This document shows, one piece after another, positions 30,383 through 40,123 of a stretch of DNA of 64,000 nucleotides (position 1 is the first letter of the stretch; every line of letters begins with the position of its first letter). The stretch is from Leptolyngbyaceae cyanobacterium (GTDB lineage Bacteria; Cyanobacteriota; Cyanobacteriia; Phormidesmidales; Phormidesmidaceae), in contig CBDHHL010000032.1 in assembly GCA_965263355.1 (NCBI GenBank), positions 1,280,001-1,344,000 on the forward strand. Reading direction: 5' to 3'. A program made the position numbers and the translations under genes. The notes under the pieces are model-generated. The model saw nothing but the letters and a program-made list of their open reading frames with translations. It had not been told where the DNA came from and made no database searches.

Positions 30383-30472
30383 GGGAAGATGCCGTTAGGG
30401 TAAAAGAGAATTTAGGGGCTGGCCTTATACCTGCCCTATATCAGCCAATCTAAACTTGTCAGCCAACAAACA

Positions 30473-31864
30473 TTAAGGAGACGATACAGCTGCGTCAGTG
30501 ACCTCTTCCTGCACAGTAATGGGGACACCATCTTGCAAATTCAAGAGACCGGTGGTGATAATTTGCTCCCCTGGGGAGAGACCGTCTAGCACTTGAAAGT
30601 TGTTGCCCTGCATAGGGCCTAATGTCACGGGGCGGAGTTGAGCGACTTGGCCTTCACTTGGTGGTGCTGCACCTTGCCCTTCATTGGAGGGCTGTCCCGC
30701 TTCAGGCGGGGGCGTATCCACCGCTACATAAACAAATGACTGTCCCCCTAAACGGGTAATCGCAGTGGCAGGCACCAATAGACCGGGACGCTGATCTAAA
30801 ATGATGCGCACATTCACCCGCTGATTGTCCTGCAAACTGCCTGATAGATTCGAGAATCGAGCTTTGGCCAACACTGTCTGGGTCAACGCATCGGTTTGAG
30901 GGGCAATAAAACTTAGAGCACCAGTGGCAACAGGGGCATTGGCTCCAAAGGGTAACAATTCCACCGGCATACCCAGCTGGATCTCCCCAATCTGCTCAGC
31001 AGGAACATCTATTTCCAGCTCCAGCACTTCATTTTGGGTAATGGTGGTAAGGGTACCACCAGGTTGCACATAGTCCCCAAGCTCCACGGGGATATCGCCA
31101 ACTACTCCGGCAATGGGGGCTGTTACCGTCTTGTCGAGCAGGTCTTCACGGGTGGCGGCGGCAGTGGCCTGGGACTGGTCTAAAAATGCTTCGGCCTGGG
31201 CAAAACTGGCCTGGGCAGCTTCGATTTCTTCCGTGGCCGCATCCAGGGACGCAATGGCAGCATTGCGATCGCGCTCCACCTCATCCAGTTCTTGCAGGGA
31301 CTGAGCCCCGGCATCCACCAGGCGTTTGGTTCGTGCAAACTCAGTATTTTGCAACTTCACATCCGCTTCTGTACGAATCCGCTGGGCTACCAAGGACTGC
31401 AGCTGAGCACGGGCATTATCACGGGCAGATTGAGCCGCACTAACGCTGGCCAACGCTGCACTTAGCTCAGCCTGGGAGCGATCGGCACTGAGTTCCATAA
31501 TCGGATCGCCTGCTGCTACCCGGTCGCCAGACGAGACATAAATCCGCGTAATGCGACCATTGGCTTCGGGCTGTAATACCACCCCAGCCTGAGCATCCAA
31601 TCTGCCTACAAATGCTGCCTGGTCTCGCAATGTGGAGGTTTGCAACTGGGCTAACGTCACCGGAACAGCACCGCCCATGGGCATCCCCGATGGTGCCCCA
31701 CCTCTCTCTAACAACCGCCACAGGGCAAAGCTTCCCCCGGCCAAAACAATCAAGGCCGCCAACCAAATCAACCAGTTACGACGAGTGGGCACCTGAGACG
31801 ACGCTGAGGAAGACCGCATAGAGGCAACATCCACTGTCGTTGAAGGACTAGAGTGTGAATTCAT
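30473..31864 (-). CDS. RND efflux periplasmic adaptor (membrane fusion protein)
   Basis: N-terminal TM, lipoyl halves (GRITRIYVSSGDRV; VTAPIAGVVG) and helical hairpin. ATG at 31864 preferred. Confidence 0.92.
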   Translation of the reverse strand: MNSHSSPSTTVDVASMRSSSASSQVPTRRNWLIWLAALIVLAGGSFALWRLLERGGAPSGMPMGGAVPVTLAQLQTSTLRDQAAFVGRLDAQAGVVLQPEANGRITRIYVSSGDRVAAGDPIMELSADRSQAELSAALASVSAAQSARDNARAQLQSLVAQRIRTEADVKLQNTEFARTKRLVDAGAQSLQELDEVERDRNAAIASLDAATEEIEAAQASFAQAEAFLDQSQATAAATREDLLDKTVTAPIAGVVGDIPVELGDYVQPGGTLTTITQNEVLELEIDVPAEQIGEIQLGMPVELLPFGANAPVATGALSFIAPQTDALTQTVLAKARFSNLSGSLQDNQRVNVRIILDQRPGLLVPATAITRLGGQSFVYVAVDTPPPEAGQPSNEGQGAAPPSEGQVAQLRPVTLGPMQGNNFQVLDGLSPGEQIITTGLLNLQDGVPITVQEEVTDAAVSSP

Positions 31865-31910
31865 AAAGATGAAATCTTGACAAGAATCGAACGTAACGAC
31901 CCTTATTGAT

Positions 31911-31929
31911 AGTTCTATATTATCGAACT
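31911..31929. promoter_or_regulatory. Putative operator palindrome upstream of the efflux operon
   Basis: AGTTC-N9-GAACT about 50 bp upstream of the adaptor start. Confidence 0.35.
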
Positions 31930-32500
31930 TTAGTAAAAATATACCAAAATTCAAACCCGAATATTGATATGGAATTGTTGTTAACGTCGCTACTGTTCCG
32001 AAGACAACACGGACGTCTGGCCTGACAGACGTCTGTGCTGAAGCCAACCACAAGCTGATGCTGACTCATGCTTAAATTGCTTGGGGAAAATAGTCAAAAA
32101 CTCTCTGTACAACAGGAAAATACGATATGTGCAGGTTGAACTACCTGGCCCTTAAGCGATAGAAGTGCCAAGACTTATTGCCATCCACCATAACGCATAT
32201 TGTTTATTTCATGGGGCCTATATAAACCTTGACCAGATCTAAAACGGTCACTTTTACCTAGAAGAACCTACAGATTTCAATGTGGGCGTGGCTTGATAGC
32301 AATTATGTTTATGGAATAGTATGAACGAAATTAATAATTAACCACTCGATAACGACAACAGAATCCCTCCACATCAACCAACTGAGAAGCACTAGAGCTA
32401 TATACATATAGACAACATACCTATAGACAACGGCAAAACAGTCAAGACAACCGACAGGTATCCTACCTATGTTAGAAATGTTCTTACATTAGGTATCTCC

Positions 32501-33304
32501 ATGACTATGGCGTCTAAGCTGACGCAGCAGCAGGAGTTTTGGGCTGGGGCTCAGCAAACTATTCCACTGATTGTCGGCGCAATTCCCTTTGGCATTATTT
32601 TTGGTACCCTGGCCGCTCTTCCCAGCATGTCTGCCATTGTCTTTGCGGGCTCTTCCCAGTTTATTGCCCTGGGGCTGTTAGGGGCCGGCACCCCCCTCGG
32701 GATTATTGTCCTCACCACCTGGGTGGTAAACCTCCGACACCTGCTATATGCCGTTAGTCTTGTTCCCTATGTCAAACACCTGAGTCAGGCTTGGAAGCTG
32801 CCGTTGGGGTTTTTGCTAACCGATGTAAACCTCCGACACCTGCTATATGCCGTTAGTCTTGTTCCCTATGTCAAACACCTGAGTCAGGCTTGGAAGCTGC
32901 CGTTGGGGTTTTTGCTAACCGATGAAAACTTTATGGTAGCCATCCAACGCTATCGTCAGGACGATTCGTCTAACTACAAACATTGGTTTCAGCTGGGTTC
33001 CGCCCTGGCTATGTATGTCAACTGGCAGCTCTGTACGTTATTGGGCCTAACCCTAGGGCAGAGCATTCCCAATGCAGCTGCCTGGGGTCTAGATTTTGCT
33101 ATGGTCGCCACCTTTATCGGCATGACCATTCCCTACCTGACTAACCGCCCCATGGTCGCTACGGTAGTCGTCTCAGGGATAACGGCCCTATGCGTTCGAG
33201 CATTACCCCATCAGTTGGGACTAATGGTGGCTGCGATCGCAGGCATCATCACAGGTGTCTTACTTGAAAATCAATTAAACAAAGCATCTAAGGAAAAACC
33301 ATGA
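32501..33304 (+). CDS. azlC: AzlC-family branched-chain amino acid exporter with an internal 33-aa duplication
   Basis: [20 protein letters not shown] and GLDFA motifs. Confidence 0.85.
   Translation: MTMASKLTQQQEFWAGAQQTIPLIVGAIPFGIIFGTLAALPSMSAIVFAGSSQFIALGLLGAGTPLGIIVLTTWVVNLRHLLYAVSLVPYVKHLSQAWKLPLGFLLTDVNLRHLLYAVSLVPYVKHLSQAWKLPLGFLLTDENFMVAIQRYRQDDSSNYKHWFQLGSALAMYVNWQLCTLLGLTLGQSIPNAAAWGLDFAMVATFIGMTIPYLTNRPMVATVVVSGITALCVRALPHQLGLMVAAIAGIITGVLLENQLNKASKEKP
32726..32923 (+). repeat. Exact 99-bp tandem duplication inside azlC
   Basis: 32726-32824 is identical to 32825-32923. Confidence 0.95.
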
Positions 33305-33621
33305 CTAACGAAGTAATCCTCCTCGGCGGCATGACTCTAGTGACCTTTCTCATTCGCTATCCCCTGCTGGCCATGAGTGGTCGCATCACTCTGCCACCTC
33401 GCCTACTACAGGCTCTGAATTATGTACCTCCAGCAGTGCTGACTGCAATTGTTGTTCCCAGTGTTTTAGTAGAAGAGAATAGCCTATGGGTTGGTTTTGA
33501 TAATCCTCGCCTGATCGGTGCTCTAGTGGCCCTAAGTGTTGGAGTTTGGAAAAAGAATTTGTTGTTAACAATTCTGGTAGGGATGAGTGTGTTTTTGTTG
33601 TGGAAAACTCTCTTTGGTTAG
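33301..33621 (+). CDS. azlD: AzlD-domain protein
   Basis: VTFLIRYP and [16 protein letters not shown] overlap with azlC. Confidence 0.85.
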   Translation: MTNEVILLGGMTLVTFLIRYPLLAMSGRITLPPRLLQALNYVPPAVLTAIVVPSVLVEENSLWVGFDNPRLIGALVALSVGVWKKNLLLTILVGMSVFLLWKTLFG

Positions 33622-33837
33622 AGTAGTACAAAAAGAGTGACTCTTCATCCTGTTTACTCTTTACATACCCGAGCCCAAATCGTAGGCTTGACAGACCACA
33701 AGTTAAAACCATGAGCTGAATTTTTAACAAATCCTAAGAATTTGAAAAAAGAGAAACCCATGCACAAGTCAAAAATAAAAATAGCCGTCTCAAACTCAAG
33801 AGTTCAAAACGGCTATGGATTATTCAAGAAATATATC

Positions 33838-34723
33838 TTACTGATTACGACGTAGCGTTACTAACGTACCTAGTCCAGCTAACGCCAACGCGACTGTCGT
33901 TGTCGGTTCAGGTACTGCAGTAGGTTCGTCTCCAGGCTCAGTCACGGGTGGAATCGAACTGGCTCGTCACAGGCGGATCGATCACTGGCTCGTCATCGTC
34001 TTCCTCAGGCGGATCGATCACTGGCTCGTCATCGTCTTCCTCAGGCGGATCGATCACTGGCTCGTCATCGTCTTCCTCAGGCGGATCGATCACTGGCTCG
34101 TCATCGTCTTCCTCGGGCGGATCAATTACTGGTGGCTCATCCTCATCAGCCTCAAGTAGGGGTAAAACACCAAAGGCATCAAAGGCCCACTGATTAGTGC
34201 GAATATCCCCGGTAAAATCGCAAAAAGAACTGCCAATGGGACATCTTGAAAGATCACCAGTGAAATTACCATTACCGGTCTCACGAAATCCATCCGCTAG
34301 GTAATAGGTATTGGGAAAGTTGTCATACTGGCTCAATGCAAGGGTATAGTTACCAGCCATCAAGTCAATTTTCAACAAAACATCGTAAGCTTGACGCGTT
34401 GTTGGATCCTCAGCAACAGTGCCTGCCTCACCGTCATCCCCTAAGGCAATCAACTTCCCATGGGTATCAAATAAGGATAGGATGGGGTCAAAGCCACCTG
34501 CAGCAATGACGGTACCGTCTGCTTGAGTACCTCCTGCATAGGAATAGGTTTTGAAGGTGACCATCGACTCTGTGCCAACGCTGAAATCAAACAGGTGCAC
34601 ATCATCGTCTTGAGCGAATGTACCACGGAAGGAAAAGTCGGCAGCATTAGCCGTGCTGTTTATGCCAAGTGTGGTCAGCATCGCACCAGTGACCACCCAT
34701 AGTAGGGCTGACAATGGTTTCAT
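33838..34723 (-). CDS. DVUA0089-like secreted protein with acidic Pro repeats and a frameshifted PEP-CTERM tail
   Basis: Signal peptide and FDPILSLFD motif. After the repeats another frame reads VTEPGDEPTAVPEPTTTVALALAGLGTLVTLRRNQ* (stop 33838-33840). Confidence 0.75.
33972..34150 (-). repeat. 36-bp coding tandem repeat (EEDDDEPVIDPP), 4 near-exact copies plus 1 degenerate
   Basis: Unit GGCGGATCGATCACTGGCTCGTCATCGTCTTCCTCA. Confidence 0.95.
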
Positions 34724-35131
34724 AAGACTGTTTTTAAAGGAATAGTGGAGACGTTAAGCTGTCGTATTAAGCTGCAGGATAGATTTGCCTGTAGGGTAAT
34801 TAACGATCAAATGCGTTTACTGCAGCAACGGTAGAAACTTGGTTAAAAACGGTGACATCCTAAGATGCCTATAACACACTGGAAGATGCTGATCTATCTG
34901 CTTTAATGCAGTGTTGTGCGATTATTGCCCTGCCTGATAGTGACAATCTATTACAAGTAAAGAAGTATCAACAACTGTTGGTGCTCAACTTTAATAAGAC
35001 CTCAATTAATCTCCGTCAGATGTGAAATTCCTCTATTCCAGGTTCATATTACGGGGAAAAATTACGGACACTTGTGGGGCCTGAGTTTCACAATCCAGGC
35101 AAATGGTTAACTGTGAACAATATGGCATCCA

Positions 35132-35275
35132 CACGACTTGGAAGGTTACGAGCAGAGAAAAATAAAAGCCTTTATTTTCAATGGTTCTGAAAAATCGAAA
35201 TCATCAGATTTTTGCTATCGCTGAACGTGGTTGCGCCGTTTCAAATTTTCTTTCGTGATAACCTTCCAAGTCGTG
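35132..35275. mobile_element. 144-bp MITE (family B) with 17-bp TIRs and a 6-bp TSD
   Basis: CACGACTTGGAAGGTTA ... TAACCTTCCAAGTCGTG, flanked by CATCCA at 35126-35131 and 35276-35281. Confidence 0.88.
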
Positions 35276-35305
35276 CATCCACCCTTATGAGGGCTGATGT
35301 GCGAC

Positions 35306-37015
35306 TTATGGCCGTTGCCATTCACCAATGTTCCAGGTGTGTAGATCCCAGGGGGTTAAATCAATGCCAGTAAGGCGGTTACTGACGGCATCAATGTCAG
35401 CACGATGAACGATGGGCAACACAGCATAGTCTTTGATCAACGTATCGTTCATCTGGATCAGTAACTCCGTCCGTTTGGCGACATCCAGCTCTGTGGTGGA
35501 CTGCTGCCACAGGGCATCGTACTCAGGGTTGCAATAACGGCTATAGTTGCGCCCCGACCAGTTATTGGCTTTTTGGCTGCTCTCGTCACAGGTGTAGGTT
35601 TTAAGGTAAGCCCCTGGATCTGGGTTGGTGTTGCCAGTGGCAAACATTTGTAGATCGGCGTAAAAATGCTCTACGGTGTCTTCGCTGGCAGGGTCACTGG
35701 CAAAGTAAACCGCTGGGTCAAGAGATCGCAACTCAGTGCCAACGCCAATGGCGGCTAGATTTTGTTTAATGATTTCCTGGGTCTTTTGACGGACAGGATT
35801 GACGGACGTAATAAAGAGGACCTGCATTTCGGTGCCGTTGCGATCGCGTGTTCCATCGCCATTACTATCGACCCACCCAGCTTCATCCAATAGCTGATTC
35901 GCCTGCTCTAGATCAAAGGCATAGCTCGTATTAGCTGAGCGGTAGCTTTCTGGCGATACCAAAAAGTTCACCGTACCTTGACCGGCAGGGCCATAAAGCT
36001 GGTCGGCGATGGTATCACGGTTAATGGCCAGACTAAAGGCCTGACGCACATTAATATCAGTAAAAAATGGATGGGGAAAGTCCAGGCTGGACCGCTCGCC
36101 GCTCGCCGCAGTTTGATTTGGATCCGTAAAGTTAAACAAGACCCGCTCCACCAGGGACCCAAAGCTGGTGACAAACTGTCCCTGACCACCGGTTTCTAGC
36201 TGTTTTAGTACCGGGGCCTCAATTTGAACGTTATAGGCAAAATCAGCATCCCCAGTTTGCATCACAGCCCGTGCCGCTGATGCCGCATCCCCCCCACCTT
36301 TGAGTTCCACCCGCTCAAAGCCAACGGACTCGCGATAGTGAGGATTAGGCTCATACACCACCACATCCCCTGGCTTAAAGGTGGTGACCTGGTAAGGACC
36401 GGTCCCGATGGGCTGTAAATTAGCCGGGGCCGACCGGACATTGGCATCATTAAAATCCTGAAAGGCATGGGCTGGTAAAATCATGCCGCTGGTGCCCGTA
36501 AAGACTAGCGACCAGGCAGGATTCGGGTCTTGAAAGGTGATTTTTACCTCGGTTGGGCCCTGGGCCTCCACCGTTTTAATAGTCTCGTAGGTACCGGCGG
36601 TGGTACTGCCCACGTCGGGATTGCTCAATAGCTCATAGGTAAAAACAACGTCCTCGGCGGTAAATGGAGTGCCATCGGACCACAGCACATCAGACCGTAA
36701 TTTCCAGGTCACAGCGGTACCATCACTGGCCACACCACCATTCTCAATGGAGGGAATTTCGGCAGCTAAAAAGGGGCGCAGATTGCCCGCCGCATCAAAG
36801 CTGGCTAAGGGCTCCAAGGTAATCCGACTGGCTTCAGCATCTTTAAAGCCGTTAGACAGATGCGGATTTAGAATAGTGGGTGCCTGCCAGTACAGCAGTT
36901 TAAGGGTGCTGTCGTCATTATCAGCAGATGGACCAGGGGCAGGGCGACAGGCCCCCAACGTTATCAGAACACCTATCAAATAAGAGCCAATCAACCAGCG
37001 AGCAGAGCCTTTCAT
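35306..37015 (-). CDS. Peptide ABC transporter substrate-binding lipoprotein (family 5)
   Basis: Lipobox LGAC, WSDGTPFTAEDVVFT, PIGTGPY and VRQA. Confidence 0.92.
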   Translation of the reverse strand: MKGSARWLIGSYLIGVLITLGACRPAPGPSADNDDSTLKLLYWQAPTILNPHLSNGFKDAEASRITLEPLASFDAAGNLRPFLAAEIPSIENGGVASDGTAVTWKLRSDVLWSDGTPFTAEDVVFTYELLSNPDVGSTTAGTYETIKTVEAQGPTEVKITFQDPNPAWSLVFTGTSGMILPAHAFQDFNDANVRSAPANLQPIGTGPYQVTTFKPGDVVVYEPNPHYRESVGFERVELKGGGDAASAARAVMQTGDADFAYNVQIEAPVLKQLETGGQGQFVTSFGSLVERVLFNFTDPNQTAASGERSSLDFPHPFFTDINVRQAFSLAINRDTIADQLYGPAGQGTVNFLVSPESYRSANTSYAFDLEQANQLLDEAGWVDSNGDGTRDRNGTEMQVLFITSVNPVRQKTQEIIKQNLAAIGVGTELRSLDPAVYFASDPASEDTVEHFYADLQMFATGNTNPDPGAYLKTYTCDESSQKANNWSGRNYSRYCNPEYDALWQQSTTELDVAKRTELLIQMNDTLIKDYAVLPIVHRADIDAVSNRLTGIDLTPWDLHTWNIGEWQRP

Positions 37016-37119
37016 AGAGCCAGTATTGAGTAAAGCTAAAAAATTCCCCCAGGGTCTCGCCTTTTAGGCTCGTCTTTTTAAGGGAAATGGCATCATAAGA
37101 TAATGCGCTAAAGATTTCT

Positions 37120-37428
37120 ATGAAGCAACTGGTTGACTCATTTTATTCTTGGTACCGTAACGGCTTGCGAAATCCTAACTATCGCTGGTTGATTATCCTT
37201 GGGACGTTGGCTTACTTATTAAGCCCGATTGATATTTCACCCGATGTGTTTCCCCTAATCGGCTGGATTGACGACGGCATTTTAATCACCCTGCTGATAG
37301 CCGAAGTGGCCCAGCTGTTTCAAGGAGGCTTTAACCAGCCTAATCAGACATCTGCTGAGGACTCAAATAGCAAGAATGGCGAAGATGACGGGGTCGTTGT
37401 GGATGTCAATGCTCAAGAGGTGCCCTAG
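37120..37428 (+). CDS. YkvA/DUF1232-family protein
   Basis: YLLSPIDISPD.FP.IGWIDD. Confidence 0.85.
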   Translation: MKQLVDSFYSWYRNGLRNPNYRWLIILGTLAYLLSPIDISPDVFPLIGWIDDGILITLLIAEVAQLFQGGFNQPNQTSAEDSNSKNGEDDGVVVDVNAQEVP

Positions 37429-37455
37429 GGTATAGAGACGTTCCATGAAACGCCT

Positions 37456-39360
37456 CTACAAAGAATTGGGATTATTGTTGGTCTCTTCAGAGGGCGTTGC
37501 CTCCTCCTGATCATTACCACCAGTTTCTACGTCTTTCCCGCTTACCTCCTCTGATGGCCCCTCCGCCTCCGCTTCAACCGGGTCTACCAGCTGCCAGTTG
37601 GCAATATCCCAGGTACTTGCATCCCAAGGGGTAAAGTTATACCCCGTAATGCGATAGCTGACGCCATTGGAAAGCGCCCGATGCACGATGGGTAAAACCG
37701 CCACATCACTGGCTAGTTTTTGGTCCATCTGGCGGAATAGCTCGTTACGCTGATCAGAATCTCGCTCTTCGCGGACTGCCTCCCAGAGCTGGTCGTAGTC
37801 TGGATTGCAATAGCGGGCGTTGTTGGGTTTTTGCCAATTATTGTCCAGGGCTGCAATGTTATCGCAGGTCCACCAGCTCATATAAATAGTCGGGTCGGGG
37901 ATATCGTTGCCGATGGCGTATTCCTGCATATCGGCATAGAAGTGGTTAATACTCTTGGTCTGGTCTGGGTCGGCGGAGAAAAAGTCCTCGGTACGTACCC
38001 GTTCGATCAAGACATTTATGCCGATTTCGGCTAGCTGCTCCTGGACCAAACTTTGGGTGGCCTGACGAATAGTGCCGATGGAGGTTTGAAAGACAAGGGT
38101 GAGGGGTTGATTGTTGCGATCGCGAATCCCATCCCCATCACTATCCACCCAGCCTGCTTCTTCCAAAAGCGCCCTGGCCGTATCCACATCGTGCTTAAAC
38201 GTAATCGGGTCATCCTTAGACAGGTTCGGGGCCACCAATAATTGGGATGTCGGTTTACCCAAATCCCCATAGAGCTGATCCACAATGGCCTGACGGTCAA
38301 TGCCATAGTCAATCGCCTGACGGACCCGTAAATCCTGCAAAATCGGATGGGGAAAATCAATGCTGGCCCGTTCTTTTGCCTCAGTTTCTTGCTTGGGATC
38401 GGTAAAGTTCAGCATAATGCGCTCCACCTGACTGCCAAAGGTAAGCACCAGACTGCCCGCCTCGCCGGTTTGCACCAAATCTATCAGCGCCGCTGACTCT
38501 AACTGAATATTATGGGCAAAGTCAGCGGTACCATCCCGCAGCACATCACGGGCCGCCACATAGGGGGGCACATCACCGACCAGCTCAACCCGTTTAAAGT
38601 GTTTTACCGGTTGCCGATAGAGTTCATTCGGCGCAAATAGTAAACGACCATTGGCCTGAGTCAGATAGCGATAGGGACCCGTACCAATGGGCTGAAAGTT
38701 AGCAGGAGCTTCCCGCGCCTTACGATTGTTGAAATCTTTGAACAAATGTTCTGGCAAAATCAGGCCATTCAGACCGGTAAACGGTATTTGCCAGCTAGCC
38801 GTGGGCTGCTCAAATGTAATTTTGACCGTGTATTCATCCACGGCGTCCACCGACTCAATTCCCTTGTAATATTCGGCTGTGGCTGCAGCGACGGTGGCAT
38901 TGGTAATAAATTTATACGTAAACGCAACATCCTCAGCAGTGAGGGATTCACCGTCTGACCAGCGCAGGGTTTCCTGTAGTCGCCAGATGACCGACAACCC
39001 ATCTTCACTCACATCGCCATTTTCTAAAGACGGTAGTTTAGCCGCCAAAATCGGTATAAGTTCTCCATCTGGGCCGTAGCTAGCCAGGGGTTCGTAGACA
39101 ATGCGAGCCGCCTCAAAGTCTTGAAAGCCAGTCGCTAAATGGGGATTCAAGGTAACTGGCGAGCGACTGTAAATTAACGTAAGCACATCAGGCGCTTCAA
39201 CCACCTCCTCCACCGAGTCGTTATGGGGAGACTCGGTAACCGCTGCGGGAGGCTGTTGTACAGGTTTTTGACAGCCGGCAGCAGCTAACACGACTAAACT
39301 GGCCATTCTTAATTGCATAGGGAGGCGTTGCAGTAAGGAGTTTGACCAGGAAAAAACCAT
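37456..39360 (-). CDS. Peptide ABC transporter substrate-binding lipoprotein (paralogue of 35306-37015)
   Basis: Lipobox AAGC, LNPHL, WSDG..LTAEDV and PIGTGPY. Confidence 0.9.
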   Translation of the reverse strand: MVFSWSNSLLQRLPMQLRMASLVVLAAAGCQKPVQQPPAAVTESPHNDSVEEVVEAPDVLTLIYSRSPVTLNPHLATGFQDFEAARIVYEPLASYGPDGELIPILAAKLPSLENGDVSEDGLSVIWRLQETLRWSDGESLTAEDVAFTYKFITNATVAAATAEYYKGIESVDAVDEYTVKITFEQPTASWQIPFTGLNGLILPEHLFKDFNNRKAREAPANFQPIGTGPYRYLTQANGRLLFAPNELYRQPVKHFKRVELVGDVPPYVAARDVLRDGTADFAHNIQLESAALIDLVQTGEAGSLVLTFGSQVERIMLNFTDPKQETEAKERASIDFPHPILQDLRVRQAIDYGIDRQAIVDQLYGDLGKPTSQLLVAPNLSKDDPITFKHDVDTARALLEEAGWVDSDGDGIRDRNNQPLTLVFQTSIGTIRQATQSLVQEQLAEIGINVLIERVRTEDFFSADPDQTKSINHFYADMQEYAIGNDIPDPTIYMSWWTCDNIAALDNNWQKPNNARYCNPDYDQLWEAVREERDSDQRNELFRQMDQKLASDVAVLPIVHRALSNGVSYRITGYNFTPWDASTWDIANWQLVDPVEAEAEGPSEEVSGKDVETGGNDQEEATPSEETNNNPNSL

Positions 39361-39523
39361 GTTTGATCTGACGCTTTGTTATTGTCTGTCTGATAGTAGC
39401 CTCTGGTGTCGCTAAGTTGGGGGATATCAGTAGACAGAAAATTAAAGTGCAAGTGTTCTATATTTTCTCCTGACGTATGTTCATTTCTTAGAAGACCTAA
39501 TTGGTAGATGCACCCTGATGTCC

Positions 39524-39554
39524 TCCCCGGCGGTTTCCGCTGGGGAGTTTTTTT
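39524..39554 (+). terminator. Intrinsic terminator on the + strand with no upstream + gene
   Basis: CTCCCCGGCGG-ttt-CCGCTGGGGAG followed by a T6 run. Confidence 0.75.
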
Positions 39555-39668
39555 ATGCCGCCCAACATAACTTTTGAGCAGGAAAGTATTTAGCGATCGC
39601 ACAAAAAACCCCCACTAGCAAACACCCAGTGAGGGACCTTAGAAAACTGTGTCTTTTATCAGGTGAGC

Positions 39669-40034
39669 CTACTCAGCTGCCGGAGCCTCAGCCTCAGCCG
39701 CCGGAGCTTCAGTTTCAGTACCTGCTTCATCTGTAGCCGCTTCATCAGCTGATGTTTCAGCATCCTCTTCAGGGACCTCAGGTTCAGGTTCAGGTTCCAC
39801 TTTCTGAGTAGGCTTGGGACCTCGCATCAGGGCAGGATTCATCGGCGGCTTTTTGTCCCGCTCATCCTTATCACCGCGTCCCTTGCCTTTACCTTTGCCT
39901 TTCCCCTTAGCCTTGGGCTTGCTCTTATTTAACGAAGGCTTACGCTCCCTGTCTTCTTCAGAGGGACGCTCTTGTTCAGGGGAACGATCTTGTTCAGGGG
40001 GACGATCTTTTTTTAAGATGGGCTTCTCTACCAT
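39669..40034 (-). CDS. Low-complexity cyanobacterial hypothetical protein
   Basis: MVEKPI start, KG repeats, NPALMRGPKP motif and acidic tail. Confidence 0.7.
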   Translation of the reverse strand: MVEKPILKKDRPPEQDRSPEQERPSEEDRERKPSLNKSKPKAKGKGKGKGKGRGDKDERDKKPPMNPALMRGPKPTQKVEPEPEPEVPEEDAETSADEAATDEAGTETEAPAAEAEAPAAE

Positions 40035-40123
40035 GGCGCTCCGTCAATTCTTGCTTAGTGATCCTAACATTTGCTTAATGACTTACTCTGACGGCTTTTT
40101 AGAAGTCAACGTTGTCCCCTGGC

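Noticed and set aside
27776..31821. Numerous short ORFs overlapping the RND genes (and similar overlaps elsewhere)
   Set aside because: Shadow frames of well-supported genes, with no motifs.
31865..32053. 63-aa N-terminal extension of the efflux adaptor
   Set aside because: Non-homologous, promoter-like sequence; ATG at 31864 fits better.
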